Counted from the stretch's first letter, positions 11,051 through 22,280 are shown. The stretch: 64,000 nucleotides of DNA from Terriglobia bacterium (GCA_020073215.1 JAIQFO010000013.1:54343-118342); one strand, 5' to 3'. Program-made: numbers and translations. The notes: generated by a model from the sequence alone, not told the origin.

Positions 11051-11131
11051 AGTTCTCAGTTCTCAGTTGTCAGTTCTCAGTAAAACCGTTCTCCAGAAAA
11101 CTGGGTACTGGGTACTGAGTACTGGCGACTG
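11051..11131. repeat. heptamer-word element (34-mer CAGTTCT-type arm plus imperfect partner arm)
   Basis: AGTTCTCAGTTCTCAGTTGTCAGTTCTCAGTAAAAC ... AAAACTGGGTACTGGGTACTGAGTACTGGCGACTG. Fills the rpsM-rpsK spacer. Confidence 0.7.
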
Positions 11132-11134
11132 CTC

Positions 11135-11518
11135 TTACGCTTTTGCCGTCTTCTTCTTCTGGGCGACCGTGCCTTTGCGCGGACCTTTGCGGGTGCGGGC
11201 GTTGGTATGGGTGCGCTGTCCGCGAACCGGCAGGTTCCGGCGATGGCGGAAGCCGCGATAGGACCCGATTTCGATGAGCCGCTTGATATTCATCGAAACG
11301 TCTTTGCGCAGATCGCCTTCCACCGAGCCTTCCGCCTCGATGACCTGGCGGATGCGGTTGACCTCGTCTTCCGCGAGGTCGGAGACATTCTTCATCGGGT
11401 CTACTTTCGCCGCGTCCAGGATGCGCGCCGCGCGCGACGTGCCGATGCCGTAGATGTAAGTGAGCGCGATATTCGCGCGCTTGTTGCGCGGAAGATCGAC
11501 GCCTGCAATACGTGCCAT
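11135..11518 (-). CDS. rpsM: 30S ribosomal protein S13
   Basis: [14 protein letters not shown]... Confidence 0.97.
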   Translation of the reverse strand: MARIAGVDLPRNKRANIALTYIYGIGTSRAARILDAAKVDPMKNVSDLAEDEVNRIRQVIEAEGSVEGDLRKDVSMNIKRLIEIGSYRGFRHRRNLPVRGQRTHTNARTRKGPRKGTVAQKKKTAKA

Positions 11519-11534
11519 GATCCCTCTCTTAAAC

Positions 11535-11568
11535 CAGTTCTCAGTTCTCGGTTGTCAGTTCTCAGTAA
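11535..11568. repeat. 34-mer heptamer-word repeat, single arm
   Basis: CAGTTCTCAGTTCTCGGTTGTCAGTTCTCAGTAA. Confidence 0.75.
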
Positions 11569-11584
11569 CTGCAAACGCAACTGT

Positions 11585-11698
11585 TTAGCCCTGACGCTGC
11601 TTGTGCTTCGAGTTCTCGCAGATCACCCGCACTACTCCCTTGCGATGGATGACCTTGCACTTGTCGCAAATCTTCTTCACCGATGCTCTTACTTTCAT
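11585..11698 (-). CDS. rpmJ: 50S ribosomal protein L36
   Basis: Hand translation gives [37 protein letters not shown]. Below the size cutoff of the ORF track. Confidence 0.93.
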   Translation of the reverse strand: MKVRASVKKICDKCKVIHRKGVVRVICENSKHKQRQG

Positions 11699-11756
11699 AA
11701 TTCCTCTCGTAGCGACGGACACATTCGTCCGTCCCGCTCGGGCGAAGCCCGGCGAC

Positions 11757-11975
11757 CTATTTATATCGATACACGATCCGCCCGCGATTCAGATCGTACG
11801 GAGAAAGTTCGACCGCGACCTTGTCTCCCGGCAGAATTCGTATAAAGTTCTTCCGCATCTTGCCGGAAACGTGCGCCAGTACCTGGTGTTTATTTTCGAG
11901 CTCCACCTTGAACATGGCATTGGGCAGCGGCTCGACGACCACCGCCATCACTTCAATCGCGTCTTCTTTGCTCAT
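11757..11975 (-). CDS. infA: translation initiation factor IF-1
   Basis: [41 protein letters not shown]... Confidence 0.97.
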   Translation of the reverse strand: MSKEDAIEVMAVVVEPLPNAMFKVELENKHQVLAHVSGKMRKNFIRILPGDKVAVELSPYDLNRGRIVYRYK

Positions 11976-11988
11976 CGACTCCTTAAGT

Positions 11989-12068
11989 AGCTGTCAGCTT
12001 TCAGCCGTCAGCTCTCAGTTACAACTTCCATCTCATCGCCTTAACTGACAGCTGAGAGCTGACAGCTG
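11989..12068. repeat. heptamer-word hairpin (CAGCTNT type)
   Basis: AGCTGTCAGCTTTCAGCCGTCAGCTCTCAGTTA ... TTAACTGACAGCTGAGAGCTGACAGCT. The right arm abuts the map stop codon. Confidence 0.8.
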
Positions 12069-12839
12069 CTACTGGGTCAAAATCTCCGGCCCTTTTCTGG
12101 TTACCGCCACGCAATGCTCAAAGTGAGCGCTGTAACTGCCGTCGAGGGTTACGGCCGTCCACTTGTCGCTCAAAACCCTCGTCTCTGGACGCCCCGAGTT
12201 CACCATCGGCTCAATCGCCAGGACCATGCCTTCGGTCAACTCCGCGCCCTGGCCCTTCTTGCCGAAGTTCGGAATCTGCGGCGCTTCATGCAGCTTGGTT
12301 CCGATGCCATGGCCGACAAATTCCCGCACCACGCTGAATCCGTTCGCCTCCACCAGTTTCTGGATCGCCGAGCCAACGTGTCCTACAGTGTTGCCGATCT
12401 TCACCTGCTCGATGCCCTTGTAGAGCGAGGCCTCAGTCACCTCGAGCAGCTTTTTCAATTCCGCGGTCAGCGAGTCGCCGACCGGCACGGTGATGGCCGC
12501 GTCTCCGTAATAGCCGTCGTAGACCACGCCGCAGTCGATGGAAACGATGTCTCCCGTTTTCAGCGCCCGCTTCTCCGACGGGATCCCGTGCACGATCTCT
12601 TCATTGATCGAAGTGCACAGCACACAGGGATAACCGTAATATCCCTTAAACGCCGGCACGGCGCCGAATTCCGCGATCATCTTCTCCGCGGCCTTTTCCA
12701 GGTCCATGGTGGTCACGCCGGCCGCCACCATACCTTTCAAGTGGTTGAGAACCTGGCGGACCATCTTGCCGCTCCGCCTCATCTTTTCGATCTCTTCCGG
12801 TGACTTGCGGACGATCCGGTCTTCTCCAAAACTCATCAT
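12069..12839 (-). CDS. map: type I methionyl aminopeptidase
   Basis: 256 aa with metal-ligand context DIVSIDCGVVYDGYYGD, VGHGIG, LAIEPM. Confidence 0.95.
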   Translation of the reverse strand: MMSFGEDRIVRKSPEEIEKMRRSGKMVRQVLNHLKGMVAAGVTTMDLEKAAEKMIAEFGAVPAFKGYYGYPCVLCTSINEEIVHGIPSEKRALKTGDIVSIDCGVVYDGYYGDAAITVPVGDSLTAELKKLLEVTEASLYKGIEQVKIGNTVGHVGSAIQKLVEANGFSVVREFVGHGIGTKLHEAPQIPNFGKKGQGAELTEGMVLAIEPMVNSGRPETRVLSDKWTAVTLDGSYSAHFEHCVAVTRKGPEILTQ

Positions 12840-13612
12840 TTAATTCTAGCTTCGCCGTTCATCGGATCGCATCCATTCTGGCGATGACGATCGATCACTC
12901 CGAAAATCTGGGCCGTAATCTCGTCCACCGGCCGATCCGCATTGACTGCGACCAAGCGCCGCTGCGCCCGGTAATAGTCGGTCACCAGCCGGGTCTGCGT
13001 CTCATAGGCGTCCAATCGCCCGGAAATAACATCCTCGCGATCGTCGTTGCGGATCACCAGCTTGGATCCATCCACATCACACAACTCGTCAACCAGAGGT
13101 GGCTGAAAGTGGATGTTATAGAGCCGTCCACAGGTGGGACACGAACGGCGACCGGTAAGCCGCAGTAGTAATTGAGTATAGTCGACGAGCAACTGGATCA
13201 CAACCGGCAGACACGGGGCCGAGTGTTCCGATCTCTTGTCAAAGACCTCTTCTTCCAGGAAAGCATCCAGCCATCCTGCCTGGGCGGCTGTCCGTGGAAA
13301 GCCATCCAGCACAAATCCGCGTTGACAATCGGCTTCCCGCAGCCGGTTGGCTACGATGCCGTACATCAACTCGTCCGGAACCAGTTCGCCTCGCGCCATG
13401 ATCGCCTGGGCTTCAAGGCCGAGGCTGGTGCCGCGCGCTACATGGTCGCGCAGAAGATCGCCCGTCGATATCTGCGGGACGCCGTAACGGTCGACAATCT
13501 GCTTGGACTGGGTGCCCTTCCCGGCCCCGGGAGGCCCTAGAAGAATGACCGGTCCAATATTTCGCGCGGTGTCATTGGCCGTCGAAATGGCCGTTTCGTT
13601 GGCCATCGCCAT
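12836..13612 (-). CDS. adk: adenylate kinase (Zn-lid type, with N- and C-terminal extensions)
   Basis: GPPGAGKGTQ P-loop. Lid is CPTCGRLYN...CDVDG. Confidence 0.93.
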   Translation of the reverse strand: MAMANETAISTANDTARNIGPVILLGPPGAGKGTQSKQIVDRYGVPQISTGDLLRDHVARGTSLGLEAQAIMARGELVPDELMYGIVANRLREADCQRGFVLDGFPRTAAQAGWLDAFLEEEVFDKRSEHSAPCLPVVIQLLVDYTQLLLRLTGRRSCPTCGRLYNIHFQPPLVDELCDVDGSKLVIRNDDREDVISGRLDAYETQTRLVTDYYRAQRRLVAVNADRPVDEITAQIFGVIDRHRQNGCDPMNGEARIK

Positions 13613-13671
13613 GGCCCCTTTTACTCGTATTTCCCGTCGCGGATAACCGCTCTTCTCCGCGTCCGCAAAAC

Positions 13672-13745
13672 CAGTTCTCAGTTCTCAGTTGTCAGAAAAC
13701 CCCCAGGTTCCGGAACTCTTGCTGAGAACCGGGAGCTGAGAACTG
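13672..13745. repeat. heptamer-word hairpin
   Basis: CAGTTCTCAGTTCTCAGTTGTCAG ... CTGAGAACCGGGAGCTGAGAACTG. Ends 3 nt from the secY stop. Confidence 0.75.
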
Positions 13746-13748
13746 TTT

Positions 13749-15127
<1,379 letters not shown>

Positions 15128-15128
<1 letters not shown>

Positions 15129-15565
15129 TACTGCAAGACCTCGAACTTGCCGCCTGCTTTGGTGATCTTTTCCTGCGCCGACTTGGAGAACTTGTGGGCG
15201 TGAACCGTGATCGCCACCGTAAGTTCGCCGTTGCCGAGAACCTTCACCGGCGCCTTGCCATCCACCACGCCCGCCTTCTTCAGTGACTCGGGCGTGATTT
15301 CGGCAGCGCCAAGCGTTGCCAGCCGGTCGAGGTTCACGACGTCGTATTCTTCGCGGAAGATGTTGGTGAAGCCGCGCTTCGGCACGCGCCGGTGCAACGG
15401 CATCTGCCCGCCCTCAAACCCGCGGATCAGCCGCGCACCCGACCGTGACCACTGCCCCTTGTGACCGCGCGTGGAAGTCTTGCCCATGCCCGACCCCATG
15501 CCGCGTCCGACTCGCTTCTTCTTTTCCGTTGCCTTCTTGGGTGCCCTGATTGTCGATAAATTCAT
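15128..15565 (-). CDS. rplO: 50S ribosomal protein L15
   Basis: ORF 15128..15625 trimmed to the ATG at 15565 (MNLSTIRAPKKATEKKKRVGRG). The upstream residues [16 protein letters not shown] are a read-through of a family-A repeat. Confidence 0.93.
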
Positions 15566-15577
15566 GACTTTTTCTCT

Positions 15578-15638
15578 GTAGAGACGAGGCTTGCCTCGTC
15601 TCATCTCGCCCCAGAGACGCGGCAAGCCGCGTCTCTAC
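15578..15638. repeat. family-A double-hairpin REP-like element
   Basis: GTAGAGACGAGGCTTGCCTCGTCTC-ATCTCGCCCCA-GAGACGCGGCAAGCCGCGTCTCTAC. Confidence 0.85.
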
Positions 15639-15641
15639 TAC

Positions 15642-15848
15642 CTACTTCACGATCTCCACCAGATGCGGGATCTTCTTGACCATGCCGCGAATCGCAGCTG
15701 TGTCCGGACGCTCAATCACCTGGTATAGCCGGGTGAAACCCAGCCCCCTCACAACTTTCCTGTGCTTTACCGGAGTGCAAATCATCGAGCGCACCCACTT
15801 CAACTGGATCATACCGGCTGCCGCCGTCTTCGATGTCTTGGTCACCAT
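15642..15848 (-). CDS. rpmD: 50S ribosomal protein L30
   Basis: 68 aa, KHRKVVRGLGFTRL, in the expected position. Confidence 0.93.
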   Translation of the reverse strand: MVTKTSKTAAAGMIQLKWVRSMICTPVKHRKVVRGLGFTRLYQVIERPDTAAIRGMVKKIPHLVEIVK

Positions 15849-16357
15849 TACAACTCCTCCACCGACTTGCCCCGCAGCGCCGCGACCGCTTCCCGGCTCT
15901 TGAGTTTCTTCAGCGCCTCGAACGTAGCCTTGATCACGTTATGCGGGTTGTTGGTGCCAATCGACTTGGTCAGCACATTCTGCACGCCCGCCGACGTCAT
16001 CACCGCCCGCACCGCTCCGCCGGCGATCACGCCCGTGCCTTCCGGCGCCGGCTTCAGCAACACCATGCCCGAACCAAAACGTCCCAGCACGGTATGCGGC
16101 ACCGTCGTCTGCGTCAGGTTGATCCGCATCAGGTTCTTCTTCGCCGCCTCGATCCCCTTGCGGATGGCTTGCGGAACTTCCTTCGCTTTGCCCGACCCGA
16201 AACCCACCACCGCCGCCGAAGGATCGCCCACGACCACCAGCGCCGCGAACGACATATTCTTGCCGCCCTTGACCACCTTCGTCACCCGGTTAATCGAGAC
16301 CACCTGGTCTTTTAACTGAAACGAACCCGCATCGAGTTTTTTAGTAACTCTCGCCAT
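15848..16357 (-). CDS. rpsE: 30S ribosomal protein S5
   Basis: [27 protein letters not shown]. Confidence 0.97.
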   Translation of the reverse strand: MARVTKKLDAGSFQLKDQVVSINRVTKVVKGGKNMSFAALVVVGDPSAAVVGFGSGKAKEVPQAIRKGIEAAKKNLMRINLTQTTVPHTVLGRFGSGMVLLKPAPEGTGVIAGGAVRAVMTSAGVQNVLTKSIGTNNPHNVIKATFEALKKLKSREAVAALRGKSVEEL

Positions 16358-16376
16358 TCTGAAATCTCATTTCTCA

Positions 16377-16742
16377 TTAGAACTGTAGTCCCGCTTCGCG
16401 CGCCGCATCGGCGACCGCTTTAACCCGGCCGTGATAGATGTAGCCGCCACGATCGAATACCACCTTGGTGTAGCCCTTCTGCTTGGCCAGTTCGGCAATC
16501 TTCTTTCCCACCATCTTTGCCGAGGCCACGTTGCCGCCGGTCACGCGCGCGCCCTTGCGGTCGTCCGCCGTCGAAGCCGCCGCCAGCGTGACCCCCTTCA
16601 GGTCGTCAATCAACTGCACGTAGATATGGTTCAGCGAACGGTACACATTCAGCCGCGGACGCTCCTGCGTACCCATCACTTTCTTCCGGATACGATCGTG
16701 CACCCGCTGCCGCGTCTGATTTTTTGAAGCGATTCTTAACAT
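16377..16742 (-). CDS. rplR: 50S ribosomal protein L18
   Basis: [20 protein letters not shown]...[23 protein letters not shown]. Confidence 0.97.
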   Translation of the reverse strand: MLRIASKNQTRQRVHDRIRKKVMGTQERPRLNVYRSLNHIYVQLIDDLKGVTLAAASTADDRKGARVTGGNVASAKMVGKKIAELAKQKGYTKVVFDRGGYIYHGRVKAVADAAREAGLQF

Positions 16743-16747
16743 AAGCC

Positions 16748-16832
16748 CTCAGCTATCAGCTATCAGCCGTCAGTTACATCCCTCTAACTCTCAGACTTCA
16801 TTCCGAAGTAACTGAAAGCTGACGGCTGAGAG
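16748..16832. repeat. heptamer-word hairpin
   Basis: CTCAGCTATCAGCTATCAGCCGTCAGTTAC ... GTAACTGAAAGCTGACGGCTGAGAGC. Confidence 0.8.
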
Positions 16833-17372
16833 CTATTTTGCTCCCGTCTTGCCAACCTTCTTCTTCAACCGCTCGCCGGCGTAGCGCACGCCCTTATTCT
16901 TATAGGGATCGGGCGGACGCAACGATCGCATTTCCGCCGCCACCTGGCCAACCTTCTGCCGGTCGATCCCGTTCAGGGTCAGCTTGGTCAGTTTGGCATC
17001 GATCGCGCAATCCACGCCGGTCGGCAGCGGATACTCAACCGGATGCGAGTACCCCAGACTGAAGACCACCGTTCCCTTGCCTTTCATCTCGGCGCGGTAG
17101 CCGATGCCGACGATTTCCAATTCCCGCGTCCAGCCCTTGGTCACGCCATCGACGGCGTTATTGACCAGCGCGCGCGCCAGGCCATGCACCGCCGCCTGCG
17201 AATCGTTCTCGCGGATGGCGACCAGGTTGCCGTCCTTCTGCTCCATCGTGATGCCGGACGGAAGAGTCGTATCCAGCTTGCCTTTCGGCCCCTGGACCAA
17301 CACCGTATTGCCTTCGATCTTGACCGTCACGCCCTTCGGGATCGCGATCGGCTTTTTTCCAATTCGTGACAT
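16833..17372 (-). CDS. rplF: 50S ribosomal protein L6
   Basis: [17 protein letters not shown]... Confidence 0.97.
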   Translation of the reverse strand: MSRIGKKPIAIPKGVTVKIEGNTVLVQGPKGKLDTTLPSGITMEQKDGNLVAIRENDSQAAVHGLARALVNNAVDGVTKGWTRELEIVGIGYRAEMKGKGTVVFSLGYSHPVEYPLPTGVDCAIDAKLTKLTLNGIDRQKVGQVAAEMRSLRPPDPYKNKGVRYAGERLKKKVGKTGAK

Positions 17373-17457
17373 AGCTATAAGCTCTCAGCTCTCAGCGATC
17401 AGCTATCAGTTACATCTCAGCGGTTTAACTGAAAGCTGAGAGCTGATAGCTGAAAGC
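17373..17457. repeat. heptamer-word hairpin
   Basis: AGCTATAAGCTCTCAGCTCTCAGCGATCAGCTATCAGTTAC ... TTAACTGAAAGCTGAGAGCTGATAGCTGAAAGC. Starts 1 nt from the rplF start codon. Confidence 0.8.
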
Positions 17458-17463
17458 GTTTTT

Positions 17464-17862
17464 CTACCAAATCTCGCAAAGCAATTCGCCGCCCAGGCCC
17501 TCGCGGCGCGCCTGGCGTCCCGTCATCACGCCTTTCGGGGTGGTCAGGATATTGATTCCCATCCCGCCCAACACCCGCGGAATTTCGGTGCGGCGCACAT
17601 AGACGCGGCAGCCCGGACGCGACACCCGCGCCAGGTTCGTAATCACGGCCTCGTTGTTGTTGCCGTACTTCAAATACACGCGCAGGACCTTGTGGCCCTC
17701 TTCTTCCGCCGGCTTGAAGTTCGCGATATAGCCCTCTTCTTTCAGGATGCGGGCAATCTCCGTCTTCAGCTTGGAAGCTGGAACGTCGACTTTCTGGTGC
17801 CGTGCGCGGATCGCGTTGCGGATGCGCGCCAGCATGTCTGCGACCGGATCGGTCAACCTCAT
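17464..17862 (-). CDS. rpsH: 30S ribosomal protein S8
   Basis: ORF 17464..17988 trimmed to the ATG at 17862 (MRLTDPVADMLARIRNA), 132 aa. Confidence 0.95.
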   Translation of the reverse strand: MRLTDPVADMLARIRNAIRARHQKVDVPASKLKTEIARILKEEGYIANFKPAEEEGHKVLRVYLKYGNNNEAVITNLARVSRPGCRVYVRRTEIPRVLGGMGINILTTPKGVMTGRQARREGLGGELLCEIW

Positions 17863-17944
17863 TGTTTGCTTCTCCTCGAGCCGCCCGTTCGCTCCGCGTG
17901 CCGCGGAGAACCTGTCAGCAGCTTGCTTCTTTCGGTCGTTCGTC

Positions 17945-17998
17945 GTTCGTCGTTGGCCGTTGGCGAACGACGACCGGCCAACGTCCAACGACTGATTC
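17945..17998. repeat. CGTTCGT/CGTTGGC-word structured element
   Basis: GTCGTTCGTCGTTCGTCGTTGGCCGTTGGCGAACGACGACCGGCCAACGTCCAACG. Two interleaved complementary pairs: 17950-59 with 17974-83, and 17961-69 with 17985-93. Confidence 0.65.
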
Positions 17999-18184
17999 CT
18001 ACCAGGACGACTTCGAAACCCCTGGAATCTCGCCCCGCAGCGCCAACTGCCGGAAACACAGACGGCAGACGCCGAACTTCCGCAGGTAACCCCGCGGACG
18101 TCCGCAAATCTTGCAGCGATTATGTTTGCGCGACGAGAACTTCGGCTTCTTCGCGTCCTTCACTCGTTTTGCTGTAGTGGCCAC
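17999..18184 (-). CDS. rpsZ: 30S ribosomal protein S14 type Z
   Basis: 61 aa, [20 protein letters not shown] zinc motif. Confidence 0.96.
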   Translation of the reverse strand: MATTAKRVKDAKKPKFSSRKHNRCKICGRPRGYLRKFGVCRLCFRQLALRGEIPGVSKSSW

Positions 18185-18272
18185 TTAGCTTCTAGCTCCT
18201 GGCTGCCAGCTTCTAGCAACCCTCTTGTTCGATCTCGGTTCCACTTCTTCAATCTGACTTCTTACTTCTGAC
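18185..18272. repeat. word repeats (GCTCCTGGCTGCCAGCTTCTAGC core, then TCTGACTT words)
   Basis: The core recurs at 30355-30386. The TCTGAC-type words recur at 20989-21027. Confidence 0.6.
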
Positions 18273-18935
18273 TTAAGCCCTAAACGGCATCCCCAGATGC
18301 TTCAACAGCGACCGCGCCTGATCGTCGGAGCGCGCTGTGGTCACAATGGTCACGTTCATACCCTTCAGCTTGTCGACTTTCGCGTAATCAATCTCGGGAA
18401 AGATCAGCTGATCGTGCAGACCCAGGGTGTAATTGCCGCGCCCATCGAACGACTTGGTCGAGACGCCGCGGAAATCGCGTACTCGCGGCAGCACGATCGT
18501 TACCAGCCGGTCGAAAAATTCGTACATGCGGTCGCCGCGCAGCGTGACCATCGCCCCAATCGGCATGCCCTCGCGCACCTTGAACGCCGCAATCGATTTC
18601 TTCGCCCGCGTGACCACCGGCTTCTGTCCCGCGATCTGTCCCAGTTCATTCACCGCCGGGTCAATCAATTTCGCGTTCTGGGTCGCTTCGCCCACACCCA
18701 TGTTGACGACGATCTTGTTCAGCCGCGGCACGGCCATCGGGTTTTTGAGTTCGAGTTCCTTCATCAAAGCGACGGCAACTTCCTTCTCAAACCGAGCCCG
18801 CAGCCGCGGCCGCTCTTTCGCGGCGTGCCTTGGAGCGTCGGGACTAGGTTTAGCCTCGACCTGCGCATGTCCCTTATCGCCCTTGGCTGGCTTCGCCTTC
18901 TTTTGCTGCTCGCCTTTTTTCTGCTCGTCTGCCAT
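18273..18935 (-). CDS. rplE: 50S ribosomal protein L5 with a roughly 40-aa K/A/P-rich N-terminal extension
   Basis: Conserved core starts at [26 protein letters not shown]. No ATG, GTG or TTG occurs near the canonical start, so the ATG at 18935 is used. Confidence 0.93.
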   Translation of the reverse strand: MADEQKKGEQQKKAKPAKGDKGHAQVEAKPSPDAPRHAAKERPRLRARFEKEVAVALMKELELKNPMAVPRLNKIVVNMGVGEATQNAKLIDPAVNELGQIAGQKPVVTRAKKSIAAFKVREGMPIGAMVTLRGDRMYEFFDRLVTIVLPRVRDFRGVSTKSFDGRGNYTLGLHDQLIFPEIDYAKVDKLKGMNVTIVTTARSDDQARSLLKHLGMPFRA

Positions 18936-19045
18936 TTTCCTATGCTGCCTTGTCTCTCACGGTTTCGGATTGTCGGGCCTGAGCTCGACGTATACCGGTT
19001 CGTAAGTCCCGAATTTTTCGCCTCTACCGCGCGCGCCACGCGCTT

Positions 19046-19076
19046 CAACTGAAAACTGACAACTGATAACTGACAG
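19046..19076. repeat. heptamer-word single arm
   Basis: CAACTGAAAACTGACAACTGATAACTGACAG. Abuts the rplX stop. Confidence 0.65.
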
Positions 19077-19421
19077 CTACTTGTCCAGCGTCGTCCCGCA
19101 CTTCTTACAAACTCTTACCTTGCGATCGCCGCGCAATTCATGTCCGATCCGCACCGGACCGCAGGTTGCGCATACCAGCGCGACGTTGGACAGGAAAATC
19201 GCCCGTTCCTGCTCGGCAATTCCACCTTTGATGTTGCGCTGCGGATTCGGACGCACGTGTTTCTTCACCGTCATCACGTGCTCCACCAGCACCTTGCCCT
19301 CATCGGGAAACACGCGCAGCACGCGCCCTTCTTTTCCCGCATCCCGCCCGGTCATCACCTTCACGGTGTCGTTCCGGCGGATATCCACTCGCTTATGATC
19401 GGTCGTTGTTGCTGTTCCCAT
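19077..19421 (-). CDS. rplX: 50S ribosomal protein L24 (C-terminal CxxC..CxxC zinc ribbon)
   Basis: ORF trimmed to the ATG at 19421, which follows GGAAGGA. KOW motif; CATCG...CKKCG. Confidence 0.93.
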   Translation of the reverse strand: MGTATTTDHKRVDIRRNDTVKVMTGRDAGKEGRVLRVFPDEGKVLVEHVMTVKKHVRPNPQRNIKGGIAEQERAIFLSNVALVCATCGPVRIGHELRGDRKVRVCKKCGTTLDK

Positions 19422-19446
19422 ACTCAATCCTTCCAAATCTCTTTCT

Positions 19447-19495
19447 GTAGAGACGGGGCTCGCCCCGTCTCACACGCGGCAAGCCGCGTCTCTAC
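19447..19495. repeat. family-A element (second hairpin 5'-truncated)
   Basis: GTAGAGACGGGGCTCGCCCCGTCTC-ACAC-GCGGCAAGCCGCGTCTCTAC. Confidence 0.8.
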
Positions 19496-19502
19496 CCGAG
19501 CG

Positions 19503-19874
19503 CTAGAGCACTTCGGGCGCCAGCGACACAATCTTCAAAAATTTCTTCTCGCGCAGTTCGCGCGCCACCGGGCCGAAAACGCGCGTGCCCACCGGCTCGC
19601 CGGTTTCGTTGATCAGCACCGCCGCATTCTGGTCGAAGCGGATGTAGGTCCCGTCGCGCCGCCGATGCTCTTTCCGCGTCCGCACGATGACCGCCTTCAC
19701 CACTTTGCCCTTCTGCACCTGGCCGTCGGGCGCAGCCTCTTTCACGCTCGCCGTGATCACATCGCCCAGACCGGCGCGCAGACCGGTCGAGCCGCCGAGC
19801 GGCAGGATCATCTGCAGCTTGCGCGCGCCGGAGTTATCGGCGACCTCGAGCATCGATCTCATCATTACGGCCAT
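19503..19874 (-). CDS. rplN: 50S ribosomal protein L14
   Basis: [16 protein letters not shown]...; AAGGAG lies upstream of the ATG at 19874. Confidence 0.96.
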   Translation of the reverse strand: MAVMMRSMLEVADNSGARKLQMILPLGGSTGLRAGLGDVITASVKEAAPDGQVQKGKVVKAVIVRTRKEHRRRDGTYIRFDQNAAVLINETGEPVGTRVFGPVARELREKKFLKIVSLAPEVL

Positions 19875-19897
19875 ATCGGTCTCCTTCTCTCCGCGCC

Positions 19898-20242
19898 TTA
19901 ATTCTTTGCGGCAACGTTCAAACCGGCGTCGATATCGACTTCCGGCACCAGCGCCGTCTTCCGCACGATTTCCTTCAACGTCCAGCGCTTCAGCTTCGAC
20001 AGCGGCCGCGACTCTTCGATCCTCACCACGTCGCCGGGGTGGGTTTCGTTCTTCTCGTCGTGCGCATAGAACTTCTTCCGGATCGAGATCACCCGCCCGT
20101 ACATCGGATGCGCCTTCTTCCGCGTCACCTCAACGACGATCGTCTTCTGCATCTTGTTCGAGACGACGGTGCCGATCAGCACTTTGCGGTGTGACTGTTT
20201 TTCGGATTGCGCCTTTTCGGACTGGCCCGTGATTTCCGCCAT
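19898..20242 (-). CDS. rpsQ: 30S ribosomal protein S17
   Basis: [20 protein letters not shown]... Confidence 0.95.
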   Translation of the reverse strand: MAEITGQSEKAQSEKQSHRKVLIGTVVSNKMQKTIVVEVTRKKAHPMYGRVISIRKKFYAHDEKNETHPGDVVRIEESRPLSKLKRWTLKEIVRKTALVPEVDIDAGLNVAAKN

Positions 20243-20454
20243 TATTTTTTCTCCGTCTTCGCGCCGGCCAGTTCCTGCTCGCGCAGGATGGTCTGGACGC
20301 GCGCAATATCCCGGCGCAGCCCGCGAATCTTTTTCAGGCTCTCGGTCTGTCCCATATTCATCTGGAACTTCAGCTTGAAGAGTTGGTCCGCCAAGTCCCG
20401 CTCCTGGTGCTTAAGCTCGACGTCGGTTAAGTTGCGAATCTTTTCTACTTTCAT
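20242..20454 (-). CDS. rpmC: 50S ribosomal protein L29
   Basis: 70 aa, [19 protein letters not shown]. Confidence 0.94.
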   Translation of the reverse strand: MKVEKIRNLTDVELKHQERDLADQLFKLKFQMNMGQTESLKKIRGLRRDIARVQTILREQELAGAKTEKK

Positions 20455-20457
20455 AAG

Positions 20458-20493
20458 TCAGTTCTCAGTTCTCAGTTGTCAGTTCTCAGTAAG
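20458..20493. repeat. 34-mer heptamer-word repeat
   Basis: TCAGTTCTCAGTTCTCAGTTGTCAGTTCTCAGTAAG, 3 nt from the rpmC start codon. Confidence 0.8.
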
Positions 20494-20519
20494 AACTTCG
20501 CGCCTGAGCAAATTGTTTC

Positions 20520-20933
<414 letters not shown>

Positions 20934-20937
20934 AAAA

Positions 20938-21027
20938 TCAGTTCTCAGTTCTCAGCTGTCAGTTCTCAGTAAGTCTTCCGTCAGCTGCTCTCTAACCTCT
21001 GCAATCTGACCTCTGACATCTGCAATC
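20938..21027. repeat. 34-mer heptamer-word repeat plus TCTGAC-word tract
   Basis: TCAGTTCTCAGTTCTCAGCTGTCAGTTCTCAGTAAG ... CTCTAACCTCTGCAATCTGACCTCTGACATCTGCAATCC. Confidence 0.8.
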
Positions 21028-21708
21028 CTAAAACGCTCCTGTGGTGCTCACTTCCCGCGCCGGCGTTGCTTCCCGCTTCTTCGTCGGCAGAATTTCGCCT
21101 TTATAAACCCAGCACTTCACGCCAATCACGCCGTACGTCGTGCGCGCCTCGGTGAAGCCGTAGTCGATATCGGCGCGCAGGGTGTGCAGCGGCAAACGTC
21201 CCTGCAGATACCACTCCGAACGCGCGATTTCGTTGCCATTCAGCCGCCCGCTCACACGAACCTTGATGCCCTTGCATCCGAAGCGCAGCGCCGAGTCCAC
21301 CGACTTGCGCATCGCTCGCCGGAAGCCGACGCGTTTTTCCAGTTGCAGCGCGATCGATTCCGAGACCAGCTGCGCATCCAGTTCCGGCTTGTGCACTTCC
21401 TGGATATCGACGTGCACCTCGCGCGACGTGCGCTTCTGCAGTTCCTGCTTCAGCTTGTCGATTTCCGCGCCCTTGCGGCCGATGATGATCCCCGGACGCG
21501 CCGTCTTGATGATGATCCGCAGCTTGTTGCCCGGACGCTCGATCTCGACCGAGCTCACGCCCGCCGACTTGAGCTTTTCCTTCAGCTCGGCTTTCAACTT
21601 CACGTCTTCGAGCAGCAGCTTGTCGTAGTCCCGCTCGACAAACCAGCGCGATTTCCACGGCTTGGTGTAGCCGAGCCGGAATCCGTAAGGATGAACTTTT
21701 TGTCCCAT
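21028..21708 (-). CDS. rpsC: 30S ribosomal protein S3
   Basis: [23 protein letters not shown]. Confidence 0.97.
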   Translation of the reverse strand: MGQKVHPYGFRLGYTKPWKSRWFVERDYDKLLLEDVKLKAELKEKLKSAGVSSVEIERPGNKLRIIIKTARPGIIIGRKGAEIDKLKQELQKRTSREVHVDIQEVHKPELDAQLVSESIALQLEKRVGFRRAMRKSVDSALRFGCKGIKVRVSGRLNGNEIARSEWYLQGRLPLHTLRADIDYGFTEARTTYGVIGVKCWVYKGEILPTKKREATPAREVSTTGAF

Positions 21709-21741
21709 CGTTGCTCCTAATCCTGCCTGCGAAAACTGCTT

Positions 21742-21774
21742 GTGTGGTGACGGGGCAGAGCCCCGTCACCACAC
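21742..21774. repeat. GC-rich hairpin (family-B-like)
   Basis: GTGTGGTGACGGGGC-AGA-GCCCCGTCACCACAC. Confidence 0.75.
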
Positions 21775-21777
21775 GAT

Positions 21778-22266
21778 CTATTTCTTTGCCGTCACCTTCT
21801 TGCCAACCGCCTTCTTCTTCGCCGGCGCTTTGGCTTTCGCTTTCGGTTTTGCCGGAGCTGCGGTCTTCGCCGGCTTTTCACCCACCGCCGACGAAGTTCC
21901 TACCGGGGCGCCGTTCCGGTTTTTCTCTGCCAGCACAATTTGGAGGTGCGCAATGCGCCGCACGTAGTGGTAAGCGCGTCCCATCGGGGCGGGACGAATC
22001 CGCTTCAGGCGCGGGCCGTCGTTCGCCACGGCGTGCTTCACATACAAGTTATCGAGATCGACATCCAGGCCCTTTTCGGTGCTCAGGAAGTTCGCGTTGT
22101 CGATCGCCGACTGCAACAGCTTCCCGACCGTCGCCGCCACACGCTTCTTGGTGAAGGCCAGGGTGTTCCTGGCCTCTTCCACGCGCCGTCCCTTGATCAG
22201 GTTCAACACCAGCCGCGCTTTCTGCGGCGAGACCCGCATGTATTTTGCTTCCGCTCGAAATTCCAT
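21778..22266 (-). CDS. rplV: 50S ribosomal protein L22 (A/K/P-rich C-terminal extension)
   Basis: AKYMRVSPQKARLVLNLIKG...; tail AKPKAKAKAPAKKKAVGKKVTAKK. Confidence 0.96.
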   Translation of the reverse strand: MEFRAEAKYMRVSPQKARLVLNLIKGRRVEEARNTLAFTKKRVAATVGKLLQSAIDNANFLSTEKGLDVDLDNLYVKHAVANDGPRLKRIRPAPMGRAYHYVRRIAHLQIVLAEKNRNGAPVGTSSAVGEKPAKTAAPAKPKAKAKAPAKKKAVGKKVTAKK

Positions 22267-22280
22267 ATTTTTTCTCAGCT

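Noticed and set aside
12836-13612. The unusually long adenylate kinase (258 aa) as a fusion or mis-assembly.
   Set aside because: The P-loop, NMP-binding region and Zn-lid are all colinear and intact. The extra length is accounted for by terminal extensions and a short insertion, with no sign of a second domain.
15566-15625. N-terminal extensions offered by the ORF track for rplO ([16 protein letters not shown]), rpsL (30808-30831), rpsH (17863-17988), rpsD (10003-10068), the thiolase gene (40016-40057) and the ORF 22328..22750.
   Set aside because: The extra residues are translations of family-A/B or word repeats. Conserved protein N-termini with SD-like sequences are found at internal starts.
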